From: an uncultured Fibrobacterota bacterium
GTDB taxonomy: Bacteria; Fibrobacterota; Chitinivibrionia; Chitinivibrionales; FEN-1185
Direction of reading: 5' to 3'
Length of the DNA: 64,000 nt
Assembly (NCBI GenBank): GCA_963753345.1
Contig: CAVWBU010000015.1
Coordinates: 32,001-96,000 of the forward strand
The position numbers and the translations under genes are program-made. Of the stretch, positions 13,001 through 24,566 are shown one piece after another. The notes under the pieces were generated by a model that ran no database searches, was not told the DNA's origin, and worked only from the letters and a program-made list of their open reading frames with translations. Position 1 is the first letter of the stretch; each line of letters opens with the position of its first letter.

Positions 13001-14369
13001 CGATCTTGACACGCCATCGGCGATAACGGCGTTCCTGCCGCTCAGCGGCACGCCCTGGAAATACGACAATACGAAGTTCAGGGTGTTTCGGTGGGGCGCC
13101 ACTGCGGCGGACAAGTGGGTTGAATACGCGGACACCATCAGCAAGGCCTTCAATTTTGTGCGGGGCAGCCAGATGTGGGTGAAGGCGAAGAACAAGACGC
13201 CGATCCGGTTCGGCCGCGGCGTGACGCCGTCGCTTGACAGTTCGTTTATGGTGACGCTGCCGTCGAAGCAGTGGGTGGATCTTGCGCTGCCGTTCAATTT
13301 TGACATTACGGTTGCGGATATCATCGGCGCGACCAAGGACTCGGTAAAGACGGGCGATACGCTCGGCATCGATTCGGTGCTGATATTCGACTGGACAAAG
13401 GATACCACCGGACACTTCAGGACGGAGCTGATTTTTAACAACACCATCATCAGTCCCCAGCTCAACAATGCGGCGCAGCCGCTGAGTTCGTCCGATCCCG
13501 CCGGATTCACTTTCTACAATAACGGCGGCAGTGCGGTGCAGCTGGCGATTCCGCCGGTGCCGCAGGCAATGTCCACGCGTCTTGCAAAAAAGGCTGCGCC
13601 GAAGCAGCAGCAGGGATGGGCGATCGAGATAACATCAAAGCTGGGAGACGGAAGCATGATGTCGCCCGTGTACTGCGGGTATGCGAAGACGGCGTCGGCA
13701 ATCACGACGTACTATCCCGTGTCTCCTTCGTTCGGCGACGCGAGCCTGGGCGTATTTGACATAGGCACGAGGCGCGTGTTCGGGCATGCCATGGCGCATG
13801 CCGCGCCCGAGGGCGGGTGCGCGTTCTTGCTTGCGTTTTGCAACGACGGCACGCAGAGTCAGAAGATATCGTGCAGTCTTGCAAACCTTTCGTTGCTGCC
13901 CAAGGGCACTGAAGCGGCGCTGTACAACGACGCGACCGGCGCGTTTGAGAACCTGACCGGCGGTTCTGCGACCGTGTCGGTCGATGCGAACTCGAAGGGC
14001 TTCAGGTGGCTCCTGGTGGGTCCCAAGGAGTACCTTGCCAAGGCGTCGCTGATTGCGCGTCCCGCAGTGCTCAAGCTGTTCGGGACCTATCCGAACCCGT
14101 TCCGTTCCATGGTGCGCATCCGGTACAGCCTGCCGTACGTGGGCATTGACAGAGTGTTGTTCTCCATCTACGATATCCGCGGCAGAATGGTGTGGCGCAC
14201 CGAGGTGCCGGGCGCATCGACGTCCGGCGTGAACGACGTTCTGTGGAACGGCCGGTCTCAAGACGGCAGGTCCGTGGCGGCGGGTCTGTACATTCTGCGG
14301 ATGACGGCGTTCAACACGGACCGGAAGCCGTGCGGCGGGTTCGACAGGAAAATGACGTTTATGCCATAA
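7043..14369 (+). CDS. Giant secreted protein paralogous to 1-6550 (DUF2341, LamG with insert, Cys-containing Ig repeats, PKD, FN3-like, FlgD-Ig CTD); frameshift ~9190-9200
   Basis: ORFs 6983-9397 and 9219-14369 join inside an Ig repeat. Signal peptide MKKLSK...; near-identical DUF2341 segment; PKD 'SFTDSSTG...WDFGDG'; CTD 'YPNPFRSMVRIRY...WNG...AAGLYILRM'. Confidence 0.85.
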
Positions 14370-14447
14370 AGAAGTTGAGAGGTTGAGAAGTTGAGGAGTT
14401 GAGAAGAAGAGGTTGAAAGTTGCAAGTTAAGAGTTGAGAGTTGAAAG
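14370..14447 (+). repeat. GTTGAG 7-8-mer tandem array directly after the stop codon
   Basis: Begins AGAAGTTGAGAGGTTGAGAAGTTGAGGAGTTGAGA, identical to the start of the 6551 array. Confidence 0.9.
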
Positions 14448-14482
14448 CAAAAGGCGTAGAGTTCAAGGATCGCTGCATTTGG

Positions 14483-14580
14483 GGGTGCTCCGCCCGGATA
14501 GGCGGAGCACCCAACCTCGCAAAGAATATTCGGTTTCTTCTTCGTTCGATAGAAGATCGTCGCCCGATCTTATTTTTGTT
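14483..14580 (+). terminator. Two hairpins; the second is a putative intrinsic terminator
   Basis: Perfect 12-bp stem GGGTGCTCCGCC/GGCGGAGCACCC (14483-14512); AAGATCG-N5-CGATCTT followed by ATTTTTGTTT. Confidence 0.45.
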
Positions 14581-14763
14581 TCCATAAGTTTCATGAGAAT
14601 GAAATGTGCGGTCGTATATAAAAAGGCTGCAAGGGGTAAATGTTTTGACAGGCTGGGTTCGGGCTTGTGGAGCGATGAACGTTGAAAAAATCAATATGAT
14701 CTGCAAAGTGATAACCGACAAAATAATTATTCAGCGATAATCACCAACTCACAGGAGAATTGC

Positions 14764-16442
14764 ATGAAGGAATCAAGGATTCTGAAAAGAGTCGGGTGCG
14801 CGTGCGCCATTTTCGCGGTTGCGTTATCAGCAAGCGGACAAACTGTGTATCCACCCACGGTCATTGTGCCCGTAACCTACTTCGACTTTCATTCGGATGG
14901 GTCAAATCCGGATTTCAATCCGGGCAACCAATCCGGCAACCTTGTTCTTCCCGGCATGGTGCTGGACAGCTTTGACGCAGACGGACTGCCCGTGGGAAAT
15001 TCCAATGCCATACTTTACAGTTGGGGAATCGGAAAATGGTGGAGGTCTGGCCCCAAAGCCAGACGCCTTGTAATGACGGGAACGATTTTCAGCGGCCACT
15101 TATATGGCCCTGAGACGGGAGGCGGAACCGTCGCCTCGGCGTAAACACAGTCACCTACGACACCTCGTACAAGAACGTTGTGATTCAGGACAGCCTTGTT
15201 TTTACCTATGTGCCGGGCTCGGCAAGGAGGGTATCAGTATCAGAATTCGAATTTTTTCCGCTTGACGGCAGGGGTTTCGGCGCCGACGTTCCGACAATAA
15301 GTTTTAATGGAATGCCGCTCGATCGGACAATGAATACGCACAACTACTCTTTTGCCATGCACTTTAAGAAAAATTTTCAATACAAACGGGACAAACATTC
15401 GCCTTCGAAGGCGACGACGATATGTGGGTGTTTATCAATGGTCAATTGGCTTTGGACCTTGGCGGTATCCACGCCACTGTAATAGGGAATTTTTCACTTG
15501 ATGCCATAGCGTCCGGCCAGGGATTGGTCCCGGGGGCTTCGTCGACAATCGACGTCTTCTATTGCGAAAGACAAGCTGTCGGTTCGGACATCAAGATAAC
15601 CACCAATATCATTACCCGACCGCCTGGTCCGCAACTTGTCCCCGTTTCCTCATTCACCACCGACACGCTCCCGGTCTTTTCCTGGCATCCTCTGCCCAAC
15701 CAGGCGCCTTACACCATTCAGATAGACACAACTTCCTCTTTTACCACCCCGATGATCACCGTCGCGGTATCCGACACCTTCTTCAAGCCGCTTGTCAACC
15801 TGCCCTTCGACACGATCTACTGGCGCGTGAAAGGGGACAGCACGGCTTTTTCCACAGGTTCCTTCATAATTTACCTGGACACCGTCCCGGAGCTTGTCCG
15901 GTTCAACGGCGCTACGATTTCGGAAAGCAGACCGGTCTTCACATGGCACCCGGTGGTCAATGCTTTGTATTATGATTTCGATATTGCCGATAACGCGAGC
16001 TTCACCAATAAAACATCAGCTGTTGGTTGCGGCTATCTCGTATACGCCTCTTGCAAATCTGACTGACGGCTTGTGGTACTGGCACGTGAGCTGCAACAGG
16101 AACTATACGCTGTTCGCGCCGTACGACAGCGTGAATATCGCTGCAACGGGCGCAAAAGGTGTGCGGGCAAAGGCTGTGGCGCCATTTGTCAAGATGACGC
16201 GCCTCTCGCACTTCATGCTCCATCGTTTTCGGCGGCTACGACAAAGTCCAAGTGAGCGCGGCGGTATATTCGGTGAACGGAAAACTGCTGGCGCGGTTTG
16301 CCAGCGCCGCGTCCGGCACGGGACTGCTTCCTCTGGAACTACGCCGATCTCCACGGCAACCGCGTTTCCAACGGGCTGTACATTGATAGAAATACGGGCG
16401 GGTGAAAAACTGATCAGACAAAAAGTGCTTGTGACAAAATAG
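14764..16442 (+). pseudogene. Fibro-slime (PA14-like) domain secreted protein with FN3-like repeats; several frameshifts
   Basis: Fragments 'VTYFDFHSDGSNPDF', 'FFPLDGRGFG...HNYSFAMH' and 'MWVFINGQLALDLGGIH...DVFYCERQ' are spread over 4 or more ORFs. Confidence 0.75.
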
Positions 16443-16455
16443 AGATGGAGGCCCA

Positions 16456-17754
16456 ATGAAACTTCACTTGTGGGAAAAATCGTGCACGGGATCTGATGGC
16501 CGTGACAGGCGAGCCAACCCGGTTCGTTCTGCTTTCTTGCTCACGGTACTCGCATCATCGCTGTGCTTTTCCCAGACCTTCCCGCCGCTCCCGGAAGGCA
16601 ACACCGGCATTGCAGCGCATTATCCGAACGACGCGGGCATTTCCTCCGACTCTTCCGTCATCTTCGCCGACGACTTTGAAAGTTACGCCGACTCGTCAGG
16701 TCTTACCGCCAAATGGAACGGCGGCGTTTACCATAACGTGCGCATCGCAACCGAGCCCGGCCATGTGTTCGCAGGCGCAAAGTCCGTCGAGTTCTGCCTC
16801 CCGCAGCAGACCATAGAGTGGAGCAATACCGTTGCGCGCGATCTTGACAAGAACCACGAGCTCACCTTGCTCTTTCTAAGGGCCTACACCAAATTCGACA
16901 CGACATTCGATGTTGTCGGTTCAAGTCACAACGGCATCGGCATGTCGGCGCACTATTTCATCAACGACCAGGCAACGCCCGGCATTCCCGCCGACGGCTA
17001 CAACAAGTTCCTCATGGAATTCGAAAGCTGGCGCGGCGCCGCTGCCGACACATCGCCGGGCAGCCTCAACGTTTACATATACCACCCCGGACAGCGCTCG
17101 CAGTGGGGAGACCACTTCTTCCCGGACGGGGAAGTGATGCCCAACACGTCAATTCCCTACGACTTCGGCAGCGGCTTTGTGCCGCGTCCCTGGATCACCT
17201 GCAAGCTGGGCAAATGGTATTGCGTCGAGCTCATGGTCAAAGACAACACCGTAGGACAAAGCGACGGCAGGGTGGCGTGCTGGCTTGACGGAACGTTGAT
17301 CGCAGACTTTCAAACCTTGTGCTGCGCAAGGCGGATTCCCTCAAAATCAACCGGTTCAACCTTTCTTTGCACGCGGGTTCGAATCCGACCCGCCAGACGT
17401 ACAAATGGTACGACAACGTTGTCGCGGCCAAATCGTACATCGGGCCGATGGTGACGACAGGGACAAGGCAGGGATTGGTGAATGACAAATCGGACGCGAT
17501 CCACAAGCTGATGATTTCGCGAATGACATTGTCGTTTTCGCTTGATAAGAAATCGGCGGTGGGTGTCGCCATGTATTCAATGCAGGGAAGGATGATACGG
17601 GATTTGAGCGAGCGCGCGTTTGAGGCGGGAAGTCACCGGGTGACCTGGGATGGATGTGATGCAGAAGGACAGCAGGTTGCTCAAGGGAATCTATCTCGCA
17701 AGAATTGAGGTTGACGGAAAAGTGATGGCCGGCAAAGTGGCAGTGATCCGGTAG
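16456..17754 (+). CDS. Secreted jelly-roll/polysaccharide-lyase-like protein with FlgD-Ig CTD; frameshifts ~17322 and ~17685
   Basis: 'VIFADDFESY', 'GKWYCVELMVK...DGRVACWLDG', then in a second frame 'WYDNVVAAKSYIGP' and 'VTWDGCD'. Confidence 0.6.
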
Positions 17755-17838
17755 CATGGGGAAGGGGAAGTCGCGAGAGCACGTAGAAGGTGTTTGGAAC
17801 AATTGCTGAGCAGTTCATAAGTAATGCAACACAAAATG

Positions 17839-17902
17839 TGTCACGGTGAGCCTGTCGAACCGTCTCGTACTCGATAGACCCTTCGACAAGCTCAGGGTGA
17901 CA
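17839..17902. repeat. REP-like inverted repeat
   Basis: TGTCACGGTGAGCCTGTCGAAC...CCCTTCGACAAGCTCAGGGTGACA, an imperfect palindrome. Confidence 0.7.
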
Positions 17903-17966
17903 TCGAAGCTATGAGATTATACTTATGAACTGCTTAGCAACTGAACACACGGAAGAAGGCAGTACC

Positions 17967-19607
17967 ATGAGCCGACGATCCGTCATTCCTTTTCTCATAC
18001 TTCTTGTCCTCACCAACATTGTTCTTGTTGCCGCCCAAACCATCACCACTGCAACCCCTGCCCGCGACTTCCTCAATTCCATCGGCGTGTGCACGCACAT
18101 CGGCCAGGGCGTTGACGACGCGTCGAAAAGCGCAACGGCAATGGCATACGCCGGCATACGCTTCCTGCGGGACGACGGCAACACCGCGCACGTGCAGGAC
18201 TGGATCACGGTGCACCAACAGTGCGGCGCCCGGATGTCGCTATTGACAAATCACGACATCGCGAGCACGATATCCATGGCCGAACAGCTTGCGGCAGCGG
18301 GCGCGCTCCTTGCCGTTGAAGGCCCCAACGAGCCCAACAACTGGCCGGTAACGTATCTGGGCCAGACATCGTCGAGCACCACGTCGTTACCGATTGCAAA
18401 GTTTCAACGGGACTTGTTCGCGGCAGTCAAGGCGGACACCAGTCTTAAGGGGATTCCGGTTTTTCATTCGAGCGAAGCGGGCGGGTCAGAACCGGATAAT
18501 TGTGGCTTGCAATTCCTCACCATTCCCAGCGGAGCGGGTACTCTGATGCCGGATGGAACCGTGTATGCCGATTACGCCAACACGCACAACTACGTCTGCG
18601 GCCACAGCGGGAAGCTCGTTGACAATGTGTGCTGGAGCGCGGAGGACCCGACCCTGAACGGCGACTGGGACGGATTGTACGTTGAGTACGGCCACACCTG
18701 GTGGGGGGCAGGCTTTAACGGGTACACCAATAGCCAGCTTGTTACGCTGCCGAGGGTCACCACGGAGACCGGCTGGACCACGAGCGGCAGTGCGACAAGC
18801 CTCACGGAAGAGCAGCAGGCAAGGCTTTTTCTTAATCTCTACCTTGCTGCGTATAAGCGGAACTGGAGCTACACCTTCATTTACATGTTGCGAGACGATC
18901 CCAATCAAGGGTACTGGGGCCTTTTCCACACGGATTATACGCCGAAACTTTCCGGTACCTATCTTCACAGTCTCACCACAATCCTTGCCGACAGCAACGA
19001 AATTGCAGCGCTAGGACAGGTCAATTATTCGATTCCGAACCAGCCGTCAACAGTGCATGATCTGTTGATGCAGAAAAGCAGCGGGGTTTATGATCTGGTG
19101 GTATGGAATGAAAGGCCGAGCGGGGGATCGAACAGCGTGACAGTGGATCTGGGTGCGAGTTTTCCGGCTGTGAAGGTGTATGATCCGACAACAGGGACGT
19201 CGGCGGTTCAAACGCTTGCAGACGTGAACTCGGTTTCGTTGACGTTGAGTGATCATCCGAATATTGTTGAGGTGATTCCCGCCAATTCAATTGCGTTTCC
19301 TGCAGCCCCGGTCAGACGTGCAAGCGGTTTCAATGCACTGCTTGTATTGACAAGGGGTGATTCTCGCGTAAACACGATTGGGTTTTTGTCAAACGCAAGA
19401 TCGGGGAACTTTGTTCTGACCGTTTGCGATGTGCGGGGGAGGGAATTGTATCGAACCGGCGTTCGCAATGCTGAAACAGGCAAAGGCCACACCGTTATTG
19501 TGTGGAACGGCAGCACCAATGATGGGACAAGGATCGGGAAGGGAGTTTACTTTGTTCGGTTTTGTTCAGGAGCGGCGGTCGAAATGAGAAAATTGGTTTT
19601 GGATTGA
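17967..19607 (+). CDS. Secreted clan GH-A-like glycoside hydrolase with FlgD-Ig CTD
   Basis: Signal peptide; 'VEGPNEPN' acid/base and 'VTTETGW' nucleophile-like motifs; CTD 'VWNGST...GKGVYFVRF'. Confidence 0.7.
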   Translation: MSRRSVIPFLILLVLTNIVLVAAQTITTATPARDFLNSIGVCTHIGQGVDDASKSATAMAYAGIRFLRDDGNTAHVQDWITVHQQCGARMSLLTNHDIASTISMAEQLAAAGALLAVEGPNEPNNWPVTYLGQTSSSTTSLPIAKFQRDLFAAVKADTSLKGIPVFHSSEAGGSEPDNCGLQFLTIPSGAGTLMPDGTVYADYANTHNYVCGHSGKLVDNVCWSAEDPTLNGDWDGLYVEYGHTWWGAGFNGYTNSQLVTLPRVTTETGWTTSGSATSLTEEQQARLFLNLYLAAYKRNWSYTFIYMLRDDPNQGYWGLFHTDYTPKLSGTYLHSLTTILADSNEIAALGQVNYSIPNQPSTVHDLLMQKSSGVYDLVVWNERPSGGSNSVTVDLGASFPAVKVYDPTTGTSAVQTLADVNSVSLTLSDHPNIVEVIPANSIAFPAAPVRRASGFNALLVLTRGDSRVNTIGFLSNARSGNFVLTVCDVRGRELYRTGVRNAETGKGHTVIVWNGSTNDGTRIGKGVYFVRFCSGAAVEMRKLVLD

Positions 19608-19621
19608 TTCCTCTTGCATAA

Positions 19622-19646
19622 GCGTACGCAATAGCGTACATTGTAT
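19622..19646 (+). promoter_or_regulatory. Putative TA operator (GTAC-core repeats)
   Basis: GCGTACGC-AATA-GCGTACA just upstream of the antitoxin; GTAC-core operators are typical of yefM-yoeB. Confidence 0.5.
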
Positions 19647-19660
19647 CGTGGAGGCACACC

Positions 19661-19903
19661 ATGACCACCATAACTGTCACGCAGGCGCGCAAGAGACTGT
19701 TCAATCTTCTTGACGAGGCGAATTCGTCCCACGAGCCGATCATGATAGCGGGGAAACGCGGCGGGGCCGTTCTGATCGGCGGGGAGGATTGGTCGGCCAT
19801 CGAGGAAACCCTGTATCTGACATCGATCCCTGGCATGCGGGACTCGATCAAGCAGGGAATGAAGACGCCTCTACGCAAGACCAGCAAAGTTGTCAAATGG
19901 TAA
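19661..19903 (+). CDS. yefM: Phd/YefM family antitoxin
   Basis: 'TVTQARKRLFNLLDEA...HEPIMI...EDWSAIEETLYL'. Confidence 0.9.
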   Translation: MTTITVTQARKRLFNLLDEANSSHEPIMIAGKRGGAVLIGGEDWSAIEETLYLTSIPGMRDSIKQGMKTPLRKTSKVVKW

Positions 19904-20163
19904 CATGGCAGCTTTATTACACTAAGCAGGCGCTCAAAGACGCCAGGAAGCTTTCGTCGTCCGGATTGCGCCCCAGGGCCGAACATCTTCTTTCCATTCT
20001 CGCAGCAAACCCCTTTCAGAATCCCCCGCGGTATGAGAAGCTGGTAGGTGATCTTGCCGGCGCCTATTCACGAAGGATAAACTTTCAGCATCGTCTGGTG
20101 TACCAGGTGCTCGAACGGGAGAAGGCGGTGAAGGTGGTGAGGATGTGGACGCATTACGAGTAG
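19897..20163 (+). CDS. yoeB: Txe/YoeB family toxin
   Basis: 'YEKLVGDLAGAYSRRINFQHRLVYQV...MWTHYE'; overlaps the antitoxin stop codon. Confidence 0.92.
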   Translation: MVTWQLYYTKQALKDARKLSSSGLRPRAEHLLSILAANPFQNPPRYEKLVGDLAGAYSRRINFQHRLVYQVLEREKAVKVVRMWTHYE

Positions 20164-20221
20164 AACGGCGTAAACAAAACGGCCGGCCCGATCTCCCGCG
20201 CCAGCCGTCAATTCTCGTCTT

Positions 20222-20266
20222 TTAACTCTTAGCTTTCAACTTCTCAACTCTCAACCTTCAACTTCT
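20222..20266 (-). repeat. GTTGA 7-8-mer array after the stop of a minus-strand gene
   Basis: Minus strand reads AGAAGTTGAAGGTTGAGAGTTGAGAAGTTGAAAG. Confidence 0.75.
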
Positions 20267-20267
20267 T

Positions 20268-21116
20268 CTACATTCCCCCTTGCTTCTTCTCATCACCCAA
20301 CATCCTACTGCCAAGGATTTTATTGTCCGACCCGTACATACAGCACGGCTGGTTAACTGCCACCTTGAAATCGAGCTTGGCGCGCGGGCTGGCGAATTTC
20401 GGGTCGAACGAAAAGTTGTCGGCCGGAACGGTGCGGTTCACCGCAAGGTTGCCGAACAGGTCGTTCTTGGACAGTTTCGTGCGCTCCGATTTCGAGGACA
20501 GCTTGACGCCCAGCCGCTCGTTGAACGCAATCATGTTGTTTTCGATGATCGCGTCGGAGCTGCCGCCCATCGCGACGCCGTTGTTGCCGTTGAAGCAGAT
20601 GGTATTGTGGTTGATGGACGTTGCGGTGGAGCGGATGTCCCATCCCTGGATGCCCGACCACCGGTTGAACGCAATGATGTTGTCTTCGATTTTCGGCAAA
20701 TGCCGGACGCAGATGATTCCCGTGCCCCAGTTGTTGATGATCCTGCAGTTGACAACGGTATTGCCCGGGTCCTTGGAAAACACGCCGATGGTGCCGCCGC
20801 GTATTTCGAAACCGTCGAGAACGCTGTTGGACGAGAGGGTGACCACGGTCCCTTTGCCGCCGCCGTCGAGGACCGCCTTGAGCGGGTTGCGCGCGGCGCA
20901 GACCACGCCGGCCTTGATAAAGACGAGTTCCTTATAGACGCCGTCGGAAACCCAGACCGTATCGCCCGATTTTGCGCTGATCATGGCCTGGGCAATGGTT
21001 TTAACGCCCACCGACGGCACGGAAATGGATTCGGCCGGCCACGCCGTGGACGACGCAAGGATCGTGAACGCCGCGAGAAAGCAAGGAAGGGTGCGCGTGC
21101 GTGAATACAATGTCAT
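20268..21116 (-). CDS. Secreted right-handed parallel beta-helix (NosD-like) protein
   Basis: 'TIAQAM...GDTVWVSDGVY', repeated 'I.NN...GI' turns, 'DPKF'. Confidence 0.8.
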   Translation of the reverse strand: MTLYSRTRTLPCFLAAFTILASSTAWPAESISVPSVGVKTIAQAMISAKSGDTVWVSDGVYKELVFIKAGVVCAARNPLKAVLDGGGKGTVVTLSSNSVLDGFEIRGGTIGVFSKDPGNTVVNCRIINNWGTGIICVRHLPKIEDNIIAFNRWSGIQGWDIRSTATSINHNTICFNGNNGVAMGGSSDAIIENNMIAFNERLGVKLSSKSERTKLSKNDLFGNLAVNRTVPADNFSFDPKFASPRAKLDFKVAVNQPCCMYGSDNKILGSRMLGDEKKQGGM

Positions 21117-21137
21117 ACGGTTGCTCCAATCCTGAGG

Positions 21138-21947
21138 TTAGTGGGGAAAACGGGCTCCTATGGAAACGTTTGCGCCGGACATCGTGCTTGCCAAAGGAGA
21201 ATCGGCCGCCAGGGAGAAATCGAAACCTCCCCTCGGCGCCGTGAACTTCGGATCAAGCGAAAAATTGCTGGACGACTGGGCATTCGGGGTGCGGCCGTTC
21301 TTGAAGAAATCGTTGTTCGTCATGCTCATTTTGGAAAGGTCGAGCGTTTTTACCGCCTCGTTCTGGTTGAAGGCGATGATATTGCATTCCAGGATCATGT
21401 TCGAATTTCCGCCGAGCGCCACGCCGTTGTTCATGTTGTAGGCTATCGTGTTGTGATTGACGGCCGCGCTTGTCGCGGTCAGGTTCCAGCCCTGGATGCC
21501 CGATCCGCCGTTGAACACAATGACGTTGTCTTCGATGCGGGGGACGTTGCCGACGCACATGATGCCCGACTCGCGGTTGCCGGTGATCCGGCACGAAAGG
21601 ATTGCGTTGCCGCCATGCGACGACAGGATTCCGATCGTGCCGTTGCGGATCTCGAATCCGCACAAGGTGGCATTGGATCCCATGGTTACCACGGCGCCTT
21701 TTCCGCCTCCGTCAAGTGCGGCGCCGAACGGCGACGCGGACTTGAGCACCACGTCGGATTTGAGCATCACGCTGCCGGTGCAAACGCCGTTGGCGACCAG
21801 CACCGTGTCGCCGGCCATCGCCTTGATCATGGCCAGCGCGATGGTTCCCGCCCCGGCCGACGGAACGGAGACGAGCTGACCCGCCATCGCCGCACAGCAG
21901 GCCCCCGCGGCACAGCAGAATGCAATGGAAACAAGGATCCGCTTCAT
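21138..21947 (-). CDS. Parallel beta-helix protein, tandem paralogue
   Basis: Shares LDGGGKG.VVT, P.IEDN.I.FN..SGIQGW and NFS.DPKF with 20268-21116. Confidence 0.8.
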   Translation of the reverse strand: MKRILVSIAFCCAAGACCAAMAGQLVSVPSAGAGTIALAMIKAMAGDTVLVANGVCTGSVMLKSDVVLKSASPFGAALDGGGKGAVVTMGSNATLCGFEIRNGTIGILSSHGGNAILSCRITGNRESGIMCVGNVPRIEDNVIVFNGGSGIQGWNLTATSAAVNHNTIAYNMNNGVALGGNSNMILECNIIAFNQNEAVKTLDLSKMSMTNNDFFKNGRTPNAQSSSNFSLDPKFTAPRGGFDFSLAADSPLASTMSGANVSIGARFPH

Positions 21948-21964
21948 AGCCTTTGCTCCGCGCA

Positions 21965-24566
21965 TCACTTCTTGACGCCGATGTTCATGCGTATCATCTG
22001 CGTATGGCCGCGCACAAGATCTTCCACGTTGATTCGCGCGAGATAGGTGCCGGGCGCTACGAACGTCCCGGAGCCGGTCTTGCCGTCCCAGATGAAGAAC
22101 AACCGGACATTGGTCTGGTCGATGAGCATTTCTTTCTTGTTGATTACCACGTTTCCCACGGCATCGAGAATGGTGATTGTCGCGCGCACTTTCCCGTTTT
22201 CCAGGTCCTGTTTCACGGCCGGCAGGAGCGAAACCTCGATTCGCGTGCCGGTCTTGATGCCGGAATTTCCCTGCAACTGGTACGGAATAGTGCTCGTGCG
22301 CGGGTTAAACGGGTTTCCGCCCGCGATCTGGTTTGTCACGATGGAAACCTCGCCGCACAATTCAAGATTGAACGAGCGCGCGCCGGCCACGACGCTGTCG
22401 AGCCCCGAGAGTCTGGGGCCGGTGCCGGGGAAAACGTACAGGAACCTGTCCGACAGCTGGACCACCGTTGCCGTGCTTATGGGAACCGTGCTGCCGTCCT
22501 GCGTGTTGATGATTGCGATAAGCGAATTCGGGTCGAGGGGAGTCGGGGGGTTCGCCACGGGCTCGCTGAAAATCACCCGGAGGGTGTCGGCGTTGGGCAT
22601 GGGAACAAAGCACACGCTCTTGACAACCGGTTCTGCGCCGTCGATGATGTTCGCCACATAGGCCGACCGGCCGTCGGCGGTGACGGGCGCGGGGGAGAGG
22701 GTTATGGTGGCCGACGTCCAGCCCGTTTCCAGCGTGCTGCCGGTGTTTTCCTGGAGCACCACGTGGATGGTGCGGCTTCCGTCGGAGGTCATGGACACCG
22801 CGGTGAGCGTGACCTTTGCGCCGCCGTCGTCCGAAACGATGTTCATGGCCTGGATCCACTGCTGCACCGTAGGCAGCGCGGCCGCAAGGCTCACCGAATC
22901 GGGGAACACGATGTCTATCCTGTCAAGGTGCCCGTTGCCGTTCGTGTCAAGCAGCGTGGCGGTTACCGGCACCGGGCCGCTCACGCCGGTGCACACAATG
23001 AGCGCCGTGCCCGGAGTAAGGCCGGCTTCGGTGGCGGTGAGCGTGGTGTTGCCGTACGATTTTTCCGCGATGCTCGCCGCCCACTGCCTGGTGGCAAGGG
23101 GCGTGGCAGTGGCGGTGGCCGGGTTTGCGGTGGACCACGCCGCGGTGGTTGCAAAACTGACGAAATTGCCATAGGCGTCACGCACCACCGCGTACACCGT
23201 GACGTTCGCGGTCCTGTCGACGGTGATGGTGCCCACGGGCCTGTCGTTCCGCGTTTTCCTGGCAAGCGAGTCGGCTTCGATCACGATATGGGTTCCGGGA
23301 CCCGGGCCTATGTACACCGAGATCGGTGGTGATGGCATTTGTTCGGGATGTTCGGGTCCTTGAACGGTGGCGGTGATGAGACCGATACCGAATGCTTGGT
23401 TGGGTGTGAGAGACCGGTCGGACGACCCTGCAGCGAGTGAGAACAGGATTCCCCGCCGAATCACGGAAGTCATGGTCCAGGTCACGAGGTTGTCCGCTGG
23501 AGGGAACCCAATTGTACAGGCTGTCGAACACATGCGCATAAATCGTAAAGGGTTGGCCCGCGGTCGCGCTGTCGATCCCGCCAAGCGCCGGATTGTTGGT
23601 TCCCGGCGCACCTGGTTTCGAATACAACTGCAGAAACCCAGGGCCTCTTATGATGTAGAGGCCGGTGACATGGTAGACGATATCGTTGAAATTTTTGTCG
23701 CCCGCACCGTTCCACCCGAGAGCAGCGCCGGGATTAACGTCGTTTTCATCTTCAAATCCGAATTCCGCTGTATCGGAATTGATATTCAGATTCTCAAACC
23801 GAACCCAACCCGCAACACACCACCTGCGGCCCTGAGGATAGTTGTTGCCGACCGCGCCCCATTGATTATTTGGAAAGGCCGTGGAAATGTCGGTGCTCCA
23901 GAAACGGTCGTTGTTTACCCACGCAGGAACGTCCAGTGGACTGCGGTTTGGACCGGAGTATCGTGCCCCAAGGTTGTAAGGCGCCGGAATGGTATCAGCC
24001 CAGTTCGGATTGTGCGGATCCGTCCAATGCCCCGCGCCCCAATAGGTCTGGTAATCGAAAATTACGGTATCCAGGTTATGAATTTTTCCCTGCGCCGCAT
24101 TCGTCAAGTCCACCTGATTATAGGGAAGGCCTGCGGGTCCAACTACTTCATGATTGGTCATGATAAAAATCCGGGTGTATCTTTTGCCTCCAGTCGCAAC
24201 TATTGATCCGGTATCGTTTGGAACCATTAAATAGAGATACCCAAGCCAAGAGGCCTGCGACCCGAGATAGGTGACAACCAGAGGCTTTGTCGTATCGCGC
24301 AGAAATGGCGCCCCCATATAAAGAGAATCGGCAACGAATACAGGCGTATTGCCTTTGTTCCAGTAATTGACGTTTTCGCCAAGATTGGTTGTGCCCTGAG
24401 AAAAGACTGCGGTGCTCAGAGAGAAGATTGCCAGAAGCAAATATACGGTGATCGGTCCAACCCGCCTGTGGGGCATGTGTCGGGCTTCCCTCACCAAGCG
24501 ATACTGCTGCGCCCGTAATTGAAGCGCTAAAAACAACACAAGCGATAACGGCCAAAGAGTTTTCAT
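21965..24566 (-). CDS. Large secreted protein: DUF4114-like N-part, Ig-like middle, FlgD-like CTD; frameshift(s) ~23400-23480
   Basis: ORFs 23178-24566 and 21965-23611 join; 'FGFEDE...GDKNFNDIVY'; CTD 'NPFNP...ILDAVGNVV...WDGK...PGTYLARI'. Confidence 0.65.

Noticed and set aside
10950-13415. 821-aa antisense ORF (similarly 31589-33448, 41275-42990, 46694-48151)
   Set aside because: Shadow ORFs of GC-rich sense genes, Arg/His-rich with no recognisable motifs.
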